Assembly (NCBI GenBank): GCA_964035545.1
Contig: OZ037767.1
Location: 29,280,628-29,344,627, forward strand
DNA from: Bugula neritina
Taxonomy: Eukaryota; Animalia; Bryozoa
Direction of reading: 5' to 3'
Length of the DNA stretch: 64,000 bases
Part shown: piece by piece, positions 31,301 through 46,237 of the stretch
Layout: each line of letters begins with the position of its first letter
Numbering within the stretch: the first letter of the stretch is position 1
Notes under the pieces: model-generated
The model's database searches: none
The model's input: only the letters and a program-made list of their open reading frames with translations
Told to the model about the DNA's origin: nothing
Program-made: the position numbers and the translations under genes

Positions 31301-34300
31301 CAGTGAAAAGAGTGAACCCCAACATATGTAAATGCAGTTTACCTCTGCATATTGCCCTGAGACTTGGTTAGTGAATCATATACATTGTATCCCATGTATT
31401 CGGTCTCAACGTGTAGACTAGATGATCTTTTCAATAGTTGGCTGCTGTAGCACTTGAAACCTAAATTAGAGCAGCTGCAGGTCAAAGTTCAAACTTAGTG
31501 CTAATCAATCTCATTTAGGAGCAGTAGTGGAGAAATTGAGATAGCTTAAATTCTTTTAATTTCTTTATAAATTTTGGTTTGGGGTGCCGTTTGAAATTCT
31601 CGCGAGAACATAACTTTTTATGATACATTTCTAATTTCTAATCTAGAACACAAGCTTTTCTCAATTTCTCCATTACTGCACCAACCTCTTCAGTTTATGA
31701 AGAATGGGCTAATCAGCTCGTACCTTGGCTTTCCTTTCTTGAACAGAAAGTGACTTCATACGCGTAGCCTGTGATTGTAGGCTCAGTTGACATGGTGCGG
31801 TTATTACTGTCTCATAAAGCCAAGCCTCAGCTCCCGCATGGCATGTGCTACCCGCAGGCGCACGTCCCCGTATACTCGAGTCACTCCAAGTTCTTCTTTG
31901 TCAGTCCCTCCATGGTGTGCGGTGGAGCCAGCAAAGATGCCTACAAAAGAGCCATAGACAGGGACGATACTCTGTTTCTTCAACTCCTATTGCAGAAGAA
32001 AAGCAGCCCTAGACTTAATGTGGTTAGTTGACTGAAAATTTCTTATTTCTATAGGAGTTATCTTACCTGGTTATATTTTACTGTAGAGCTATGACTCATT
32101 CTCATTGTGCTTTGTTACTAGCAACTATTTGGCGGTTTTAGAAACGCCAAAGGTTCTGTATTACTGTAGATCTCCCCTGTATTACTGTAGGTGCTCCTGC
32201 AATACGCCTGCAGTATAAATGCTATCCGCTGTGTGAAGCACCTTGTGGAACTGTGGCATGCGGACGTCAACTGCACGGATAACAGAGGTTACAGTGCTAT
32301 TATGCACTCTGTGGATTCTAATATGGAGGTCATACATTACTTAGTGGCTCAAGGTTGGTAGTTCTATCACCTTGTATGTTCTTACCACTAGTTTGTCATA
32401 AGAAATAGTAATACTGTCTCTTATATACTTGAGCATCAGAGAATAGTATTAGTGGTGAGTATATACATTTGTTGCTAGAACTGGAGTTTTGAATATTTAA
32501 AATAGAAATATTGTTAGTGATATCAATATTGGGAGTTTTCTCCTGTTACTTGAGATTTTGACTACCAATAAATCACTCTACAGTCTGCGTATTGCTGATC
32601 TTGTTTATGCACCTCATTGCAAACCATTGCTAAGCAGATTAGGTGAGAGTATCTCTATTTGAGTGCCTAAAGCCTTGAATTCTGACCAGAAATCATACAA
32701 GTGCCCTAATACCAGCGACCCAACATCCTAGCACTAAATTACTTGAAGTCATACAAATACATGTAATACAGTCATACTCTGCCCTGCCCCAGTAATCAAT
32801 CTTTCTGTGGGAAATTATGCTTTCAATTTTGGGTAAAAATAAAGGCAAAATCTTTCTTCAAAATATCGGAGAAATATTTACTACAGATCTAAATTAATTT
32901 CACTCTTAAACTTGTCCTGTTAAATCTTAGAAACAGTTTACTGCAGTCTCTAATCACTACAAGTAAATAGATTTTTCTCTGTGATCAAATTTCATCTTAA
33001 ATATTTACTCAATTCAGCCATATTTAATTTCTGGTAGCTTTCTGTGCAATTTAGCTGATGTGTGTCAGGTTGGCATAACTCCAAACTCTACATTACATGT
33101 AGCAGTAGAGAAGATAACTCTCAGCAGAGTTGACTTTTAATTACTAACATTGTATCAACTTTTCCACAGGAAGGTGACTCTGAAAAGCGATCTTATTGGT
33201 TTACTTAGTCCAATTATTTTTAACAATTATTGACAATAAATGAAAAAAGTAGGCTTCTTTGTTCCATGTTTCTTATCACACCAGTTGCAATGCCTGAAAG
33301 ATGTGGACTTTACGTGGATCAATAGTCGTTCACTTAAATTTTAGCCACAGCTGTTTCTATACAAATCTAAATGTTTTCAACTCTGCTTGAATTTAGAGAA
33401 ATAAATCCACTAGCATTGTATATTTTTGGTAAAATTTGTTTTACTAATATGCAGTTGTAAACTATAAACCAAGTGTAAATTGAAGTTGGAGTTATCTCCC
33501 CGCATGATGTGGTAGAAAGCTGTAGCCTCAGGTGTCTACTAATTACAGGTGCCGAGGTTAACCTCTCTTCCTACAAATCTCAAACCCTCCTCCATCAACT
33601 GTTTTGTCCCGAAAAGGAAGTTGTGTCGCACGTTGTTGAGAAGACTAAACTGTTTCTAGCCTTAGGTACGTGTGTTGCTTCTAGCCTGTGTAGTCTGTCT
33701 AGTATACCCGCCCCTTATTATTAGTTTAGTGGTAGACCTATACAATATACTAACCTGAGGTATGTGTGGGATATTGAGAAATATTTATTTAGGTTACATA
33801 TTTAGGTAATGCAATTGTTTAAGCAGCTTAAAAGTTGTCTTCTCCTTAAAAGAATTTTGAATATTGACTCGATTATTATCCATGTTTATTAGAACTTTGG
33901 ATTTCCTAGCATTTCTCCTAACATTTAAAATCCTAATCTGTTTGTAGGGGATAAATTACTTAAAATATGAATAAATCTACTGCAGATGGAGCTTTAAATA
34001 AGTAGTCAATATATTGAGACTGTTTTATTGTTGTTTATTTCAGGTGCTGACCAAATTGTAAATAATTACGATGTATTTAGAAATACAGCTCTGCATTATT
34101 TATGTATCAAATATTCGTTATACGGAAACACTGGCCATGAATATGAGTTGCGGCAATGCCTTGGTAAGTCACGCTATCTTTCCACTCTTGAATCTATTAC
34201 AGTATGACTATGTGTTCAAATTGATTTATTTCATACAGGTCAACCTTTTTAGGAATTGTGTTCTCTTTTTACTGTGTAGTAGATTTTCAGAAAATATCGA

Positions 34301-37300
34301 ATGCTTTTACTTTGGGATCAGCTATCAAAATACTGACTTTAGCCAATCAAAATATAAAATGAATTACTTTCAACTAAAGTGCATGAGTATCTCTTTACTA
34401 TCTTGTAGACATCTGCTAGTCACACGTCTGCTAGTCACACGTCTGCTAGTTATACGTCTGCTAGTTATACGTCTGCTAGTCACACGTCTGCTAGTCACAC
34501 GTCTTCTAGTCATACGCCTGCTATTCACACGTCTGCTAGTTATACGTCTGCTAGTTATAAGTCTGCTAGTCACACGTCTGCTAGTCACACGTCTGCTAGT
34601 CACACGTCTGCTAGTCACACGTCTGCTAGTTATATTATATAATTGGTTTTTGTAGGTTTGTTTTTATCCCACAATGCGGAGACCTTCCTTGTAGACTCTG
34701 ACTCTTGTCTACCTCTGCAAAGACTGCTACAGCACCCTGACTCCATTAGTTCACCAAAGAGTGTTGAGGCGGCGGCTGACAGCGAATCCAATTCGGAGTC
34801 AGCTGATGGCCTTGGTCAATCTCCTGATCCATACCACTCTCACAGAATCTACATGCTGCTGGAACTGTTTTCCCAGTATAGTCCTAGTGCTCTGCACACA
34901 GTCATAAATAAAGAGAATGAAACGTGTATGTTCTACATACTTCGCATGTCCTTGGACTACGGTAAGTGCAAGTCAATGGTTTTCTACTGCATCTTAAATA
35001 AATATGTTTTTCTTGGCTAATTTACTATTTGCCAACGTATTGCTTAATCATGTGAAATGGTTTTTTTGCAAAAAAATCTATTTTTTGTGTGGAACCGGAT
35101 CTGTGAGCCCAGACGCTGTCACCATAAATCTTTATTAAGTTATTATATAATGATGTGTTGTTTTCAGTGAACCAATCATATTGGCCGTGTATTAGACTAC
35201 TGCAAGACAATGGTGCTAACATAAATCACTTGGCAGTTACCAGGCCTCACGGTAGCAGCAAGTCTGTGAGGCCTAGTGAGGTGCACATTCAGTCCTTGCT
35301 GTCAATTGTGAGAGACAAAGCGATGGAGGAGTTGAAGATGGCCGCCAACGGGTAACTTCTAATTCCTAATAGCAGAATGAGGAGTAGTGGGAAGGGGTGT
35401 GACCCTGTAAACCTGCCTATTCTAGGAGGTTGTATAAATCATTTAGCTGGTGTTAATGATATTATAAGCTAATGGGCAACTTTCTGTTACAATCACATCT
35501 GAGTTGGTTTGAAGCTGCTGGAAATAAGCAGCTAATGTAGGATAACGTTTGATGAAACACTGGCTGTTTGGAAATTGGCACTAGCCTTGATGTTGTTATC
35601 ATGACCTATTGCCAGACAGCTCTAGCATATTCTGGCGGAGAATAGAGTTTCTACATTCTAGTCATGATTTTGGCTGAGAATTATATAACACTGCCTAGGG
35701 GGCTCATCAACATTATTCATTATTATTGTATTCATCAACATAAATCACTCCTATTTTTGTCGCACTGGAAAACTTCAAATAGTTCGGAAATTGTTGGTAA
35801 CTGTTATTTTTTGCCCTCCTTTGTTGGTTCCAAGTAACTGACCAGCCTGGCTCATGAATTAAACTATAATTTGCATATTATATCTCTCAGTCACCCACCA
35901 CAGCGTTTTATCTAGTGCCAATGTCCAACTCTAGAAGCCCGCATCTCGTAAGAGATAGTTCCAAACTTTGTTGGGGGCTTGTCGAAAATGCTCACTTAAA
36001 AGTTGTTTTGATGGTGGGTTTATTTCTGGCAGCAGCAGAAAGTTAAGCAGGCAGCAGAGAACCATTCAATTTGTGCAAGCAAGAATATTTGTAATAATTT
36101 GTTATATTAATTAAATAATAGTTTTCTGGCCTTAAGCCACATGGACAATACATTTGTAATTAATTATCACAATGTTGTAATTGACTAGAATTTATGCCAT
36201 CATCGGTCTAGAGTTGAGAAGGGCTCTTTCGGCTCATTAATTAGCCACTGGCTTGCCTCCCTCATTGTAAGAATAGATTTCAAGTTTAATCTAGACTGTA
36301 ATACCCTCAACATTAACCAGTGTCAGGTTGATACCCTCTCTCCATGCTCGGCAAAGCTATGACCTGGATGTGCCACTTTATTGTTATTACTACAAGCAGC
36401 AGTCTGTATCCGGGTTCACTCTGTCCTTACGTAATTAATTAAAGCTGCTCTATTGTAGGACCAGGTGCAAGTCGGTTACAAGCCAGACGTTGAAGACCCT
36501 ATTTCAATTAGGATTAGACCCAAATGCTCTGCATATACAGTGTAGGTTAGTGAAGTATTATTCTTTCTCTCATAATAATATCTTTGAACTAATGAAACCC
36601 CCAACTCAGGGTACTCCAGCAATAGCTGAGAAACTATTTGTGCAGGTAGTGACTTTTATAACCTTTGATGAGAGGCTGGTTTAACCTTGCCAGCCTAGAC
36701 TTATCAACCCTCAGAAGAAATAGTGCACCTAGGTTTGCCTTTGATGACCTGATGAAGCTGCTTGCACTGGGTGATGTTCCATTGAAGGTCAGGTGTTGTA
36801 GTGTTGGTACACTGGTTCCTTTTTGCTGGTAGTTCGGCTTTCATCTTGCTCTCTTGCACTGTTATTGCAGGATGTTTAGAGAAGTTGTATGATTCACCAA
36901 ACTTGGCTTTCATGTTCATATTTTCTGTTTAGTGTTTACTCTTTCCTTAGATTTGATTTCAACAGCAAACGCTGCTTGGCTTGTTGATTCGTATAGAATT
37001 AGATAATTACAGAGTGACAACTCCTAAAGTTTCAAAAAAGCATTTACTGCTCTAGATTCTTTTGTTTTCAAGGTTCCTAAATTATTTCTCATCTGGTTTG
37101 TGTCTGATGAATGAAACTGTGAAGTTTGTTAGCAAGTAGCTAACACCTCTGTGATGATCAAGCGTTATAGTGAAGCTTGTATAAGTGCAGTGTGAGATCT
37201 GCATGCTATCTAATCTACACCTCTAGAGGTGCTTTTCAAGGTCAAACAGGGTAGTAGCTTTTAAGTGTCTCTATTGGCAGTGGCTGTGACTTTTTTGCCA

Positions 37301-40300
37301 ATTGAGAGATCGTGATACTAACTTCATTATGCCTTCTTTCTCAACACCAAGTTCTGTCGTTTTTGCTTTTTCTGACATAAACTGGAATTCCATTTTTGTA
37401 ATTTACATAGAAATCCAGGCTTTGCAATGTCACTGCTGTGAAAGACTAAAGTGGTTTAATTCAGGCTACCGTTAGTTCCTCTAGTCATTTATGCTTTATT
37501 TAGTAACAGCAGATTATTAATTGGTCTAGTATTATTCAATTCGCCTTTTTTTATAAAAAATAATTCTAAAATATACGTTCATGTTGAAATTATAAAAAAG
37601 ACAAAATAATAGTTGACAAGTGCAAGGACCACCTAGTCTCTAGTCATAAGTAATTTGTACAACCCTCAAGTCATTATCTGTAATTTATGGTCATCCTTCT
37701 ACCCTCGGAATTGAGTATTTTTCCATTATTTATTCATTTTTATGCATCAGCCTCTTTGCTGGTCATTTTAATCATAATCTCACTGTCCAGCTCCTTTTCA
37801 AAGTAATAAATGATTACTAAGCATTTTTACTGTGGTGCCTCTTACAAAATCTTCAAGAAGATGGTGTTTTTTCTAGTAATTTTCATGGTTACATCAAAAA
37901 ATTTCCTCATTTATTTTGTATCGTTAAAAAATTTGGAACTAAAGTAAAATAGAAACAATAATTTTTAAGCATAACTTGTACGAGTTGTGATCAGCTACTT
38001 CACCATTTGCTACTACACCTCCTTGTAATATATGTTCATATGCTTGAGGTACAGATACAGATGTTATTTCTAACCCTCTCTGAAAACCAATCTCTTGTAG
38101 CTAACAGAAACGTAAAAAGTCAATTTAAAGTTAGTCATTTTTATCAATACCTGCAGGTTAATATTTCTTTAACTTGAAAATAAATTGTAGCAAATAGTTT
38201 TACAATTAATTTTTTTTCAGAAATTAGTTATAATGATTATAAATTTTTGAGCCCAGACTTTACTGTTCTCAGAGTGATCAAATAGCTCTCGTTATTCTGA
38301 TGCTAACTAATCTTTTTCACCCAAGTTTCAACATTGATTAGAAATATTCAACAACTTGAATTGTTTCAGTTTAACTTTTCATTCTTGAAAACCTTGTTTA
38401 AAACTTAAAATATAATAAATTTCTTTTTTCTATGTTTTTTGCCTTTGAAAAGAACACCAATGTCAAACTTGTGGTAACCATTTTGTTGGTATGTCAAAAG
38501 CCAGTTTGTATGCAAAAAGTATGGCAGTTGTTTTTCAAAACTTTGAGGGATTGTGGGACACATCCTGAAAATTCTCATTCGCATTCAAAAGTGGCAGGCT
38601 AGGCTATAGATATTTTTAAAATAAAGTGTGTTATGCTGCCAGTACCTTCGTTTTACAGTAAATAATTATTCTGGCAAATTCTTGTGAAATTTCTCAGAAA
38701 AATGTTTTCCGTCAAGATTTCTTGCATTGGAAGTAAAAACTGTACTGGTTCATCGACCTTGCTTCCAGCAGGGTTTTTTGGCAGTCTCTAGCTGAAGTAT
38801 TGTGAGACGTAGGTTTTGTTGGCAGCTCAATCAGCTGTTTGGTCTCTAAGCCAGGACTAACATTTATTCTGGGTCGCAACGAATCTAAGCCAATGCTCTC
38901 AAGCATCGTGTCATTGACTTCTAGGTAAAAAGTGCTCTTTTGGCTATAATAGATGGTACCACGACTGTAATATGGTGCAATGTAGTTATGCTATTATTTC
39001 CTGTTTTTTTAAATGACGGAAACCTTAGGGTATGATCGTATGTACTAAATATTTGGCTGCATTAGAAGTCCAAGAATCAGGGATATTATGGCAGCGTTTA
39101 CAATCGGTGACAATAGACTGCAGATAGCTGAATACATGCGACTATAAAATTATAGTCAAGGTTTTCTTATACAAATAGTTTGTAAATAATAAGGTTTTTA
39201 GGAACATTTCACTCAACGGTATAAAGAAAGTTTGCTCAAATCATTTGATGATTTTGAAATGCTCTGGAGGTGGAACCTTTGTAAAGCATATTAAATTTGG
39301 TGACAATTTCAAATCATCAACTATGAAGACTATACCTGTTGCTTGCCCCATAATTTAACACTGGTTTTATTAACTGTCTTTCCATGGATCGATCTCAGAT
39401 TGATCCATGGAAAGACAGTGTTAATCTGCTATTATATAATTGATTATGTTCCGTTATACACAGTGTATTATTGGCTATACACAGAAGTTCTATGGACAAA
39501 CATGTGTTCATTTTTTTATTTCATCATTTCCCATCTCCACTTTGTTAAATAATGTGCTTTGGAAACTAATAACTTGTGTAGCAACTAAATTATTTTCATC
39601 TTGTAAACAGGCCAACAGACAATCGATTTTCGAGGTAACAATTACTGGTATTATAGATGCACTTTGTAACCGCACCTGTGCGCCAGCCAATTTAAGTCCT
39701 TACTCGGATGCTTCGCTAGACCGACAGCTTCACTATCAAAATATTGCCTGGGGGTTGCGTGGCGCGTCAGTTTTACAGTTCCGTGTATATTATTCCGTAA
39801 ATGACCTTGAGATTGGTATTTTGCTATCTATCATAAACCGCACCAATACTAATCTGACTTCTAAATGCAACCCTAGTAATATATTAATATATAATTATGT
39901 AATTTAAATCCTTGTCGCTATTAACCAAGTTGCCCACACCTATTGAGAATATTCAAGTATTGGCATAACATAAGGTATTATAGTAATTCATTACTACCAA
40001 GGCTACAGAAGTTCCGGGACTGATTTTCTCCTCTCGTAGACTCGGTTAGTTCAAGTTTGGAGTTGGTTTCACTACGGGCTGCTTATTTCAAGGTCATGCT
40101 GACCTACATTTTGCCTGCTCTCTGTCTCCACTGCCATTCTCATGGCTTTTGGGAAATTTGTTATTCTTTTCTATTCAAAGCTGATATAATTTCGAAATCT
40201 TTTCCAAAATTTAATATGTTGAGATTATATAGCAAATAACACCATAGATTAGATCTTCAAAGGCTGTTCCTAGAGTGAAGAATTCACAGCCAAAGGAGAA

Positions 40301-42901
40301 AATAACTTTGAGTGTGAAGCGAAAGTGTATTTTCAATTTGGTGTACTTTTAGTAAGATTGTGACTAACATTGAACTATGGACAGGTGACCTTGAACTATG
40401 GACAGGTGACCTTGCTACAGCTAGCCATGTTGTCTACAACCTCCTTTTCACCTTATCATTTATAATTACCAACCTAGATCTCCCTTGATCCATGTTTTAT
40501 ATATATTTACTTTGGATTCTTTAAACCGCAAAAACATTATTTTTTATTATAATAGGATGGCAAGAGGTGAAGAGCTATTCTATTTTCTAGCTAATAGTAT
40601 TTAGTATTTATGAACTATTTCTGTGGCCAGAGTTGGTGTTGAAACATGTTATTGTTTCTGATTAGAGCAAATGTTTTTATTACTTTTTTAAACTGTAAAG
40701 TTGACTAATATTAGCTTATATCAAGTCTTTTATCCCAAGGAGATGTTGCACCAAGTGAAACTCAATAGTCCTTTTGTACCACTCAATAGTCCTTTTGTAC
40801 TTATCTTTCTACTTTTACTGATAGTGTTCGGAAAAAGTGTTGTTATGAGAAGTTTTATCAAAACAAAGTTTAGTTTCTGAAAAATTGATGTTATGATAAT
40901 ATACAATAGAATAATGAAGTGTCTGTGTTGTTAGCACATCTGACCAGGCAGAGAATGTAAAAGCATTGGCTGCGTTTACCCAGCTACTTCCTGTGTGCTC
41001 TTCAACGTCACAGCTATCACTACTTAAGGAGTGGATCAGAATCTCCTTGCAGTGGGGGGCTAACCCCGACCTTCAACTTTACAGGTATGTGCAGGTGTGC
41101 TTATCCGTGCGTGCATACTGAGTTTTGATAAATAATCTGATTTGGAGTTGTCTCCACTTATTTACTTGATTTCACAATTACTCTCACCTACATTTGGAAC
41201 TGAACTGTGTACAAAGTACCTGATAATTATTAATACTTGTAAAACTGTATAGATTATTTCAATGCAACAGCTTGAACATATGTTATGCATTAAAAAGTGG
41301 GATTCTAATTTTTTACTTCTCCGCCATTAATAGCAAGCAGTTAGTTTGTTGTGTAGTTTTAGTAACAGTTGCTGGTACGAGGCCACTTATATGAGGGTTG
41401 TCAGAGTGACATTCGAGTTAGTCATGTTTATACTCATATAGCGCTGGCCAACTTCTTGGCAACTGGTGTCATACAAGTCCTTGAAACTTTGTCACACTGA
41501 CCTCAGCTACCAGCATTTGAGTGTTTCTCCTGAATGCTTTCTAGTACCAGTATGAGTTACCAATAATATAACTAGGATGTAGAATTGATGAGAGCTGCGG
41601 TGTCCCATATAATGGCTGTGCTGGGCCTTCCCCCTTCTTTGATCAACTGATCATGGGATTGTTGATTCACTCTGACTTGTTCAATAAATACATCCCTAAT
41701 AGATCAGCGCCAACTAATTGTAGCGACCATTTTCTAATAATTTGTATTTTTTCATTATGGGGAGGAAAGGGCCACCTTAGCTCCTACTAAAATATATAAA
41801 CAGCTGTGGTCTAGGAGTTAGAGTGCTGACTTGATAAATACAAAGTCATGGGTGTGAATCCCAGTAAAGGCCATTGGCGAGTTCTCCTTTCCACAATAAA
41901 AACCAGGCTTAAAAACATTCCGCTTAAAACCTTTCTATAAGGGCAGGAGACCCTAAAAAGAAGCGTGATCAGCAGTACGCCATGTGGTATGAATTTTTTC
42001 AGCGTGTCACACCTATTCGTCACACAAACCTAAAACTAACTTTTTTGTACTCTTTGGAAATGGTAGTTCGAGAAAATTGTGCTGTTTGGTTGTTCAAATT
42101 AATTGTTTCAGCATTTGAGTTTGACTGTATTAGCTCTTACCATGTGGTGTGATTATATCACACTTTATATGTACCGGATGATCCTTTTCCAACTGCATTT
42201 CGTGAGTAACTAGTGGGTTTGGTGCAAATAGCTGATTGTACTGTGTGATATCTCAGTGGGGTAAGTATCTGTAATAGTGCATTGCTGCTGCTGTGGTATG
42301 TTTTAGATGTGAACCACAGATCTGTACCAGCCAGGGTAGTATTTTCCTCAGACAAGTCACCGCCATCCCTATAACTAGATGTTTTCATGATAGTATGGCT
42401 AGTCACTGGGCCAACCACCCTGGTGAGTGCTCCTTGTGTGAGCAAGAGACTGTCTATGCACTGTGCGCCATTCATTTTGGCTACCAAAATTGTCCTTGTA
42501 TATGATAATGTGGCAGATTAAAATTATTTTAGATCAATATTTTGTATTTTAGTTTTTGTCAATAATTCCAAGCTATTGCTTGTTTTTCAGATGAAATGAA
42601 GAGAATTGTGCTGCTGCTCGGCAGCTGCATGTCACACCGCATTCTACAGACTACGCTGTCGACAACGTCAGCCTCTCCAACTCTTCTCTCCCAACTCTCC
42701 TCCTTCACCACTCAACCCTCTGCGGAACAGAAAGATTTGACTATATTTTTCCATTCGCTTACTTCGCAACCGAAAAGTTTGCAGTCTCTTGCCCAATTTC
42801 AAATATACGAGACTTTGGGTCGAAAAGCTCACCCGGATTTGCTGAAGTTCTTGCCGATTCCTTCTTTTTTGAAGTCGCAAATTTCACTGGAAGCACTGTA
42901 A
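28393..42901 (+). CDS. Ankyrin repeat and SOCS box protein, about 740 aa; exons 28393-28486, 29713-29917, 31239-31366, 31781-32022, 32191-32353, 33549-33665, 34044-34163, 34656-34961, 35168-35351, 36459-36545, 40935-41084, 42307-42422, 42591-42901
   Basis: Ankyrin motifs (GYNLLQLAV, LPLHIALRLGSVDMVRLLL, GAEVN, NTALHY, LLQDNGANIN, LQWGANPD) and a C-terminal SOCS box PKSLQSLAQFQIYETLG...LPIPSFLKSQI. The 13 exons total 2223 nt in frame. Confidence 0.85.
29415..29690. repeat. Degenerate ~14-bp (TCTATACTRTCTAC) satellite directly before an ASB acceptor
   Basis: Read directly; it is the source of the spurious Y/L/S-rich ORFs. Confidence 0.85.
30055..30325. repeat. 25-bp minisatellite, about 11 copies (GATATCTGCAGAATACTAGGTAAGG)
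   Basis: Read directly; most units contain TAG|GTAAGG. Confidence 0.92.
31114..31250 (+). repeat. 26-bp x5 tandem duplication spanning the ASB exon-3 acceptor
   Basis: CCTGTTGAGATATTCTGTAG|GTATAA repeated; the last copy is the in-frame acceptor. Confidence 0.9.
31518..31682. mobile_element. MITE-like element with ~30-bp imperfect terminal inverted repeats
   Basis: GGAGCAGTAGTGGAGAAATTGAGATAGCTT ... AAGCTTTTCTCAATTTCTCCATTACTGCACC; no clear TSD. Confidence 0.6.
34408..34632. repeat. 15-bp minisatellite, about 15 copies (CACACGTCTGCTAGT)
   Basis: Read directly; it ends about 23 bp before the ASB exon-8 acceptor. Confidence 0.93.
39373..39419. repeat. 47-bp near-perfect palindrome
   Basis: ACTGTCTTTCCATGGATCGATCT-C-AGATTGATCCATGGAAAGACAGT (one mismatch). 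Confidence 0.9.
40088..40105 (+). promoter_or_regulatory. Composite nuclear-receptor element: TCAAGGTCA overlapping a perfect IR3 (ERE) AGGTCAtgcTGACCT
   Basis: Exact consensus match; function is inferred only. Confidence 0.5.
41800..42030 (+). mobile_element. Possible tRNA-derived SINE remnant
   Basis: A-box-like TGGTCTAGGAG and B-box-like GGGTGTGAATCCC at tRNA-like spacing; degenerate. Confidence 0.4.
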
Positions 42902-45132
42902 AGTGTTTGATATTATTTTGTAAGTGGAAATAATTGGGTAGTTGTGTGTTGCTGGTTTTCTATCAATACCTCCAGTTATCAAGATTTTCTCCCTTAAGTA
43001 TATATAGCCTAACTGACTTTTGTTCATATATAACTAGCCCTACCTCATACAGTTATGTTACTTTTCTATTGTATTATATTAACTTGTAAATAGTTTTTTT
43101 ATGTTTCTACTAAGTTTGCATATTTTAAATAACCACATGTGCATTATTATTGTTGTTCAATACATTTCTTTTGCCCCATTATAATTCAACTTAAATGTGA
43201 AATTATTTTTATTACATTCATAAATAAAACTGTAAAACTAGTGCTTTCAAGGTTTGGCTATGTCCCCATCTGATACCAATTGAGTTTGTTGAAGCAACAC
43301 CTAGTTTATGTCATTCTAGGCTAAAAAATTACTCTAGGCTAGCATTATGCTATCAGTATGGTTGTGAAAATTGATTTAATTAATTACCATTGTAAAATAA
43401 TCAGCAGTTATCAGGTATACTAGTATAATTCTGCACAGTAACACACGTTGAATAATGCCATAAAATATATCATAATTTATTTAGGTTATTATGGGACAAG
43501 CTTTTGTGCTGTACAGGATTTATGCAACAAATTAAATGTGGTTAGCGATTGGTTCTATTTCCACCTTTTGCTCCGCATAAATTATTTGTTTCAGAATTGT
43601 GTTGACCTCTCAAAGTATTGCAGGAAATAAGCAAGACAGTTCAAGGAGCTATTTTCGATAGAAGAAATTCTATAGCACCATAATTCAAACATAGTAAAAT
43701 ACCTCGACTCTAGGTACAACTGCCACAGGTAGTAATGGCACAAATGGAAATGTAGGTAAATTGGCACACTGATGTTGAATTTGCTAAAACCCAAATCCTA
43801 ATATTGAAAATGTGCCATTTTGACCTACTTTTCTATTTAAGCCATTTTACCTTGTGCCATTTTTTCCCCAACACAACAAAACTCGTATCAGCCTTTCATA
43901 TGTATGCAATACCAATATAAAAGAGGTAGTCCAGCCTAATGCAGCGTGTAAGCAATTGCTATCAGGTGTGTGGGTAGTGGTTGGCCTGTTGTTTTCGCTG
44001 CTTCAAAACTGGGAGTGCAGCTTAAGTACACTGTTTGTATAAGAAGTGCCATGTCATCGCTTAGTGGGAAACTGACAACTTGAGCAAGTGCCCTGGCTGA
44101 TCAAACTGCAGCTCAGCCATGATGTCTAAAGCGTGCTTCCACTGTACTATATTTTATTAGGTCACGATAACACCAGTTGTTATGATAAATTTGTAAATAA
44201 CTAAGGCAAAGCTCTATGACCAAGCTACTGCTACTGTCTTCTAACCCTATAGGTGTGTTATACCATTTCCAGAAAGGAATACATCTTTGGAAAAATTTTT
44301 GCATTATGCCAAGCTCTAATTATACCAATGTTAGCTGGTCTCCCTATAGGGATCATTCATATACTATTACATAATATTGTTCATATACTTTGTTATTAGT
44401 ATACATTGTATATTATTCATATATATTTTATTAGATGTTATATTTTATTGACTGGTGAAGTAAGTTTTAGAAAAAATATTAAAGAACCAAGTGTTGGTGG
44501 CTTGTGTACGTTATATGCAGTTTAGTAGAATAGGCTATATAGATTTTATATATGTACTTTTCACTCTCTGGTGTAAAATAATGTCAGATACAGACTTCAG
44601 AAAGGCGAATACTTAGTAACCCAAGAATTATTTGTAACATAAGCCATGATATGAAATTCTCAATAGCTGATTGACTATGGAATAAAATTATTCACATAAA
44701 AAGTTTCCTGAAAGACCTGAAGGTTACTATTTTAGGAATAGCTGTTTGTCTGACATGTTTAGACATCATTACATCTTTAATGCTAATGTTTGTGGTATAA
44801 TCTACCTAAGAAACCAAACTTGTAACTGAAATGGAAGACTCCGTATGTTGTATGGCTTCTCAGTAGTTCACAAAAGGGACCAGAGTAGCTGTGAAAAATG
44901 TGAAAACTCTTCAATTTTTTAAATCTGAACATGGTGGAGTCACGTTTTTAGCTAGCTTTTTAGCAGCCTGCAGTAGTATAGCTGCGTCCTAGTTCAATGC
45001 AACTGCCTGGTGACTTTTGTGTCAAAGAGTTATACAAGCCTAATTGTTGTTTATCCCCGTGTTTCACGTTCACGTGTCGTGAGAGTATTGAGTTTAAACA
45101 AAATCATATGGCTGATCAATAGCCAGTATGAC

Positions 45133-45206
45133 TGACCTTGAACAAACTGTCCCATATCTTAGCCCTGCATCAATAGCATTCGAGTTGCAATTCACCTTTA
45201 TATAAA
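45133..45206 (+). promoter_or_regulatory. Candidate NR0B-like core promoter: TGACCTTGA (NR5A/ERR site) at 45133-45141 and TATATAAA at 45199-45206
   Basis: Motifs read directly, about 1 kb upstream of the predicted ATG; the TSS is not known. Confidence 0.4.
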
Positions 45207-46237
45207 CACCACCCCATTATTATTTACCTTGAAAATTCGGTCAGTATTATCATCAACAAAGCTCTCGAAATAACTGCTGAGTTAAAGTAGAAGACGCGAT
45301 TAATCTGCTACAGTGAACGCCTTCAGCCCATTGAAACTCTGACAGTCTTGCGTACTTCCAAAATTTAATACAAAGGCGTCAAAATTTGATAAAAGTGTCA
45401 AACTTAGCAAATTATTTTTCTCAAAAGTATCAATCTGCTGAAATAATAGAAAAAGAACAATGTAAAGTCAGCATCCAAAAAGCCAACAGAAAAAATAACT
45501 TCAAAATGTTTTTAGCAAAATTCAACTTGTAAATTGACATGATTTCATTAGGGCTCCCGCCCACTTATTACAGTCTTTATAATTTTGTTGTGGCATAGCC
45601 CATCTAAATTGTATTTGAACAAAATTACAAGCTGGAGTAAGGTAAATTACTAAAAAATTACCTATTAATTCAATTGTTGCAAAAAACTTTTAGTCTTCAA
45701 ATTTAATAAAGTCAATTTAGTTAGGCAGACTGTAAATGATAATTAAAATTGTTTTTGTACATAACGATTATAAAAATATTTTGCAGCAAAGTAATAAAAT
45801 ATGATAACCAAGTGAGGTATTTTGTTCCTCACAATAATTATAATTAATTACCATAATATACATGAGCTACTGTATGAACCACAACTAAAACAGAAATAGT
45901 AACACAATGAAGTAAATGAGTCAGTGCTTAATAATTAAAATATTTACACAAAAAGTGAAACAATGCTAGTAATTTTTTTTAATAAGATGCATGGCGTATG
46001 TAACCATTCTGCATCCAACAAAAAAGATTTGCAAATGACAGAGAGACTTCAGGCATCGGCTGTAATTGCACAAAAATTGCGTGTTGGGAATCGACCGAGT
46101 TTACGTCGTAACGCTATTTCGGGTCGCAATGAAGGTCAATCTACAAGCGCTGTGAATCCTCGCAACACTGTGGGGCTCATCGGGCGTTGTTCACTTTCTA
46201 AGGCAACAGCAATAGAATACAACTGGTCGTATATGTC

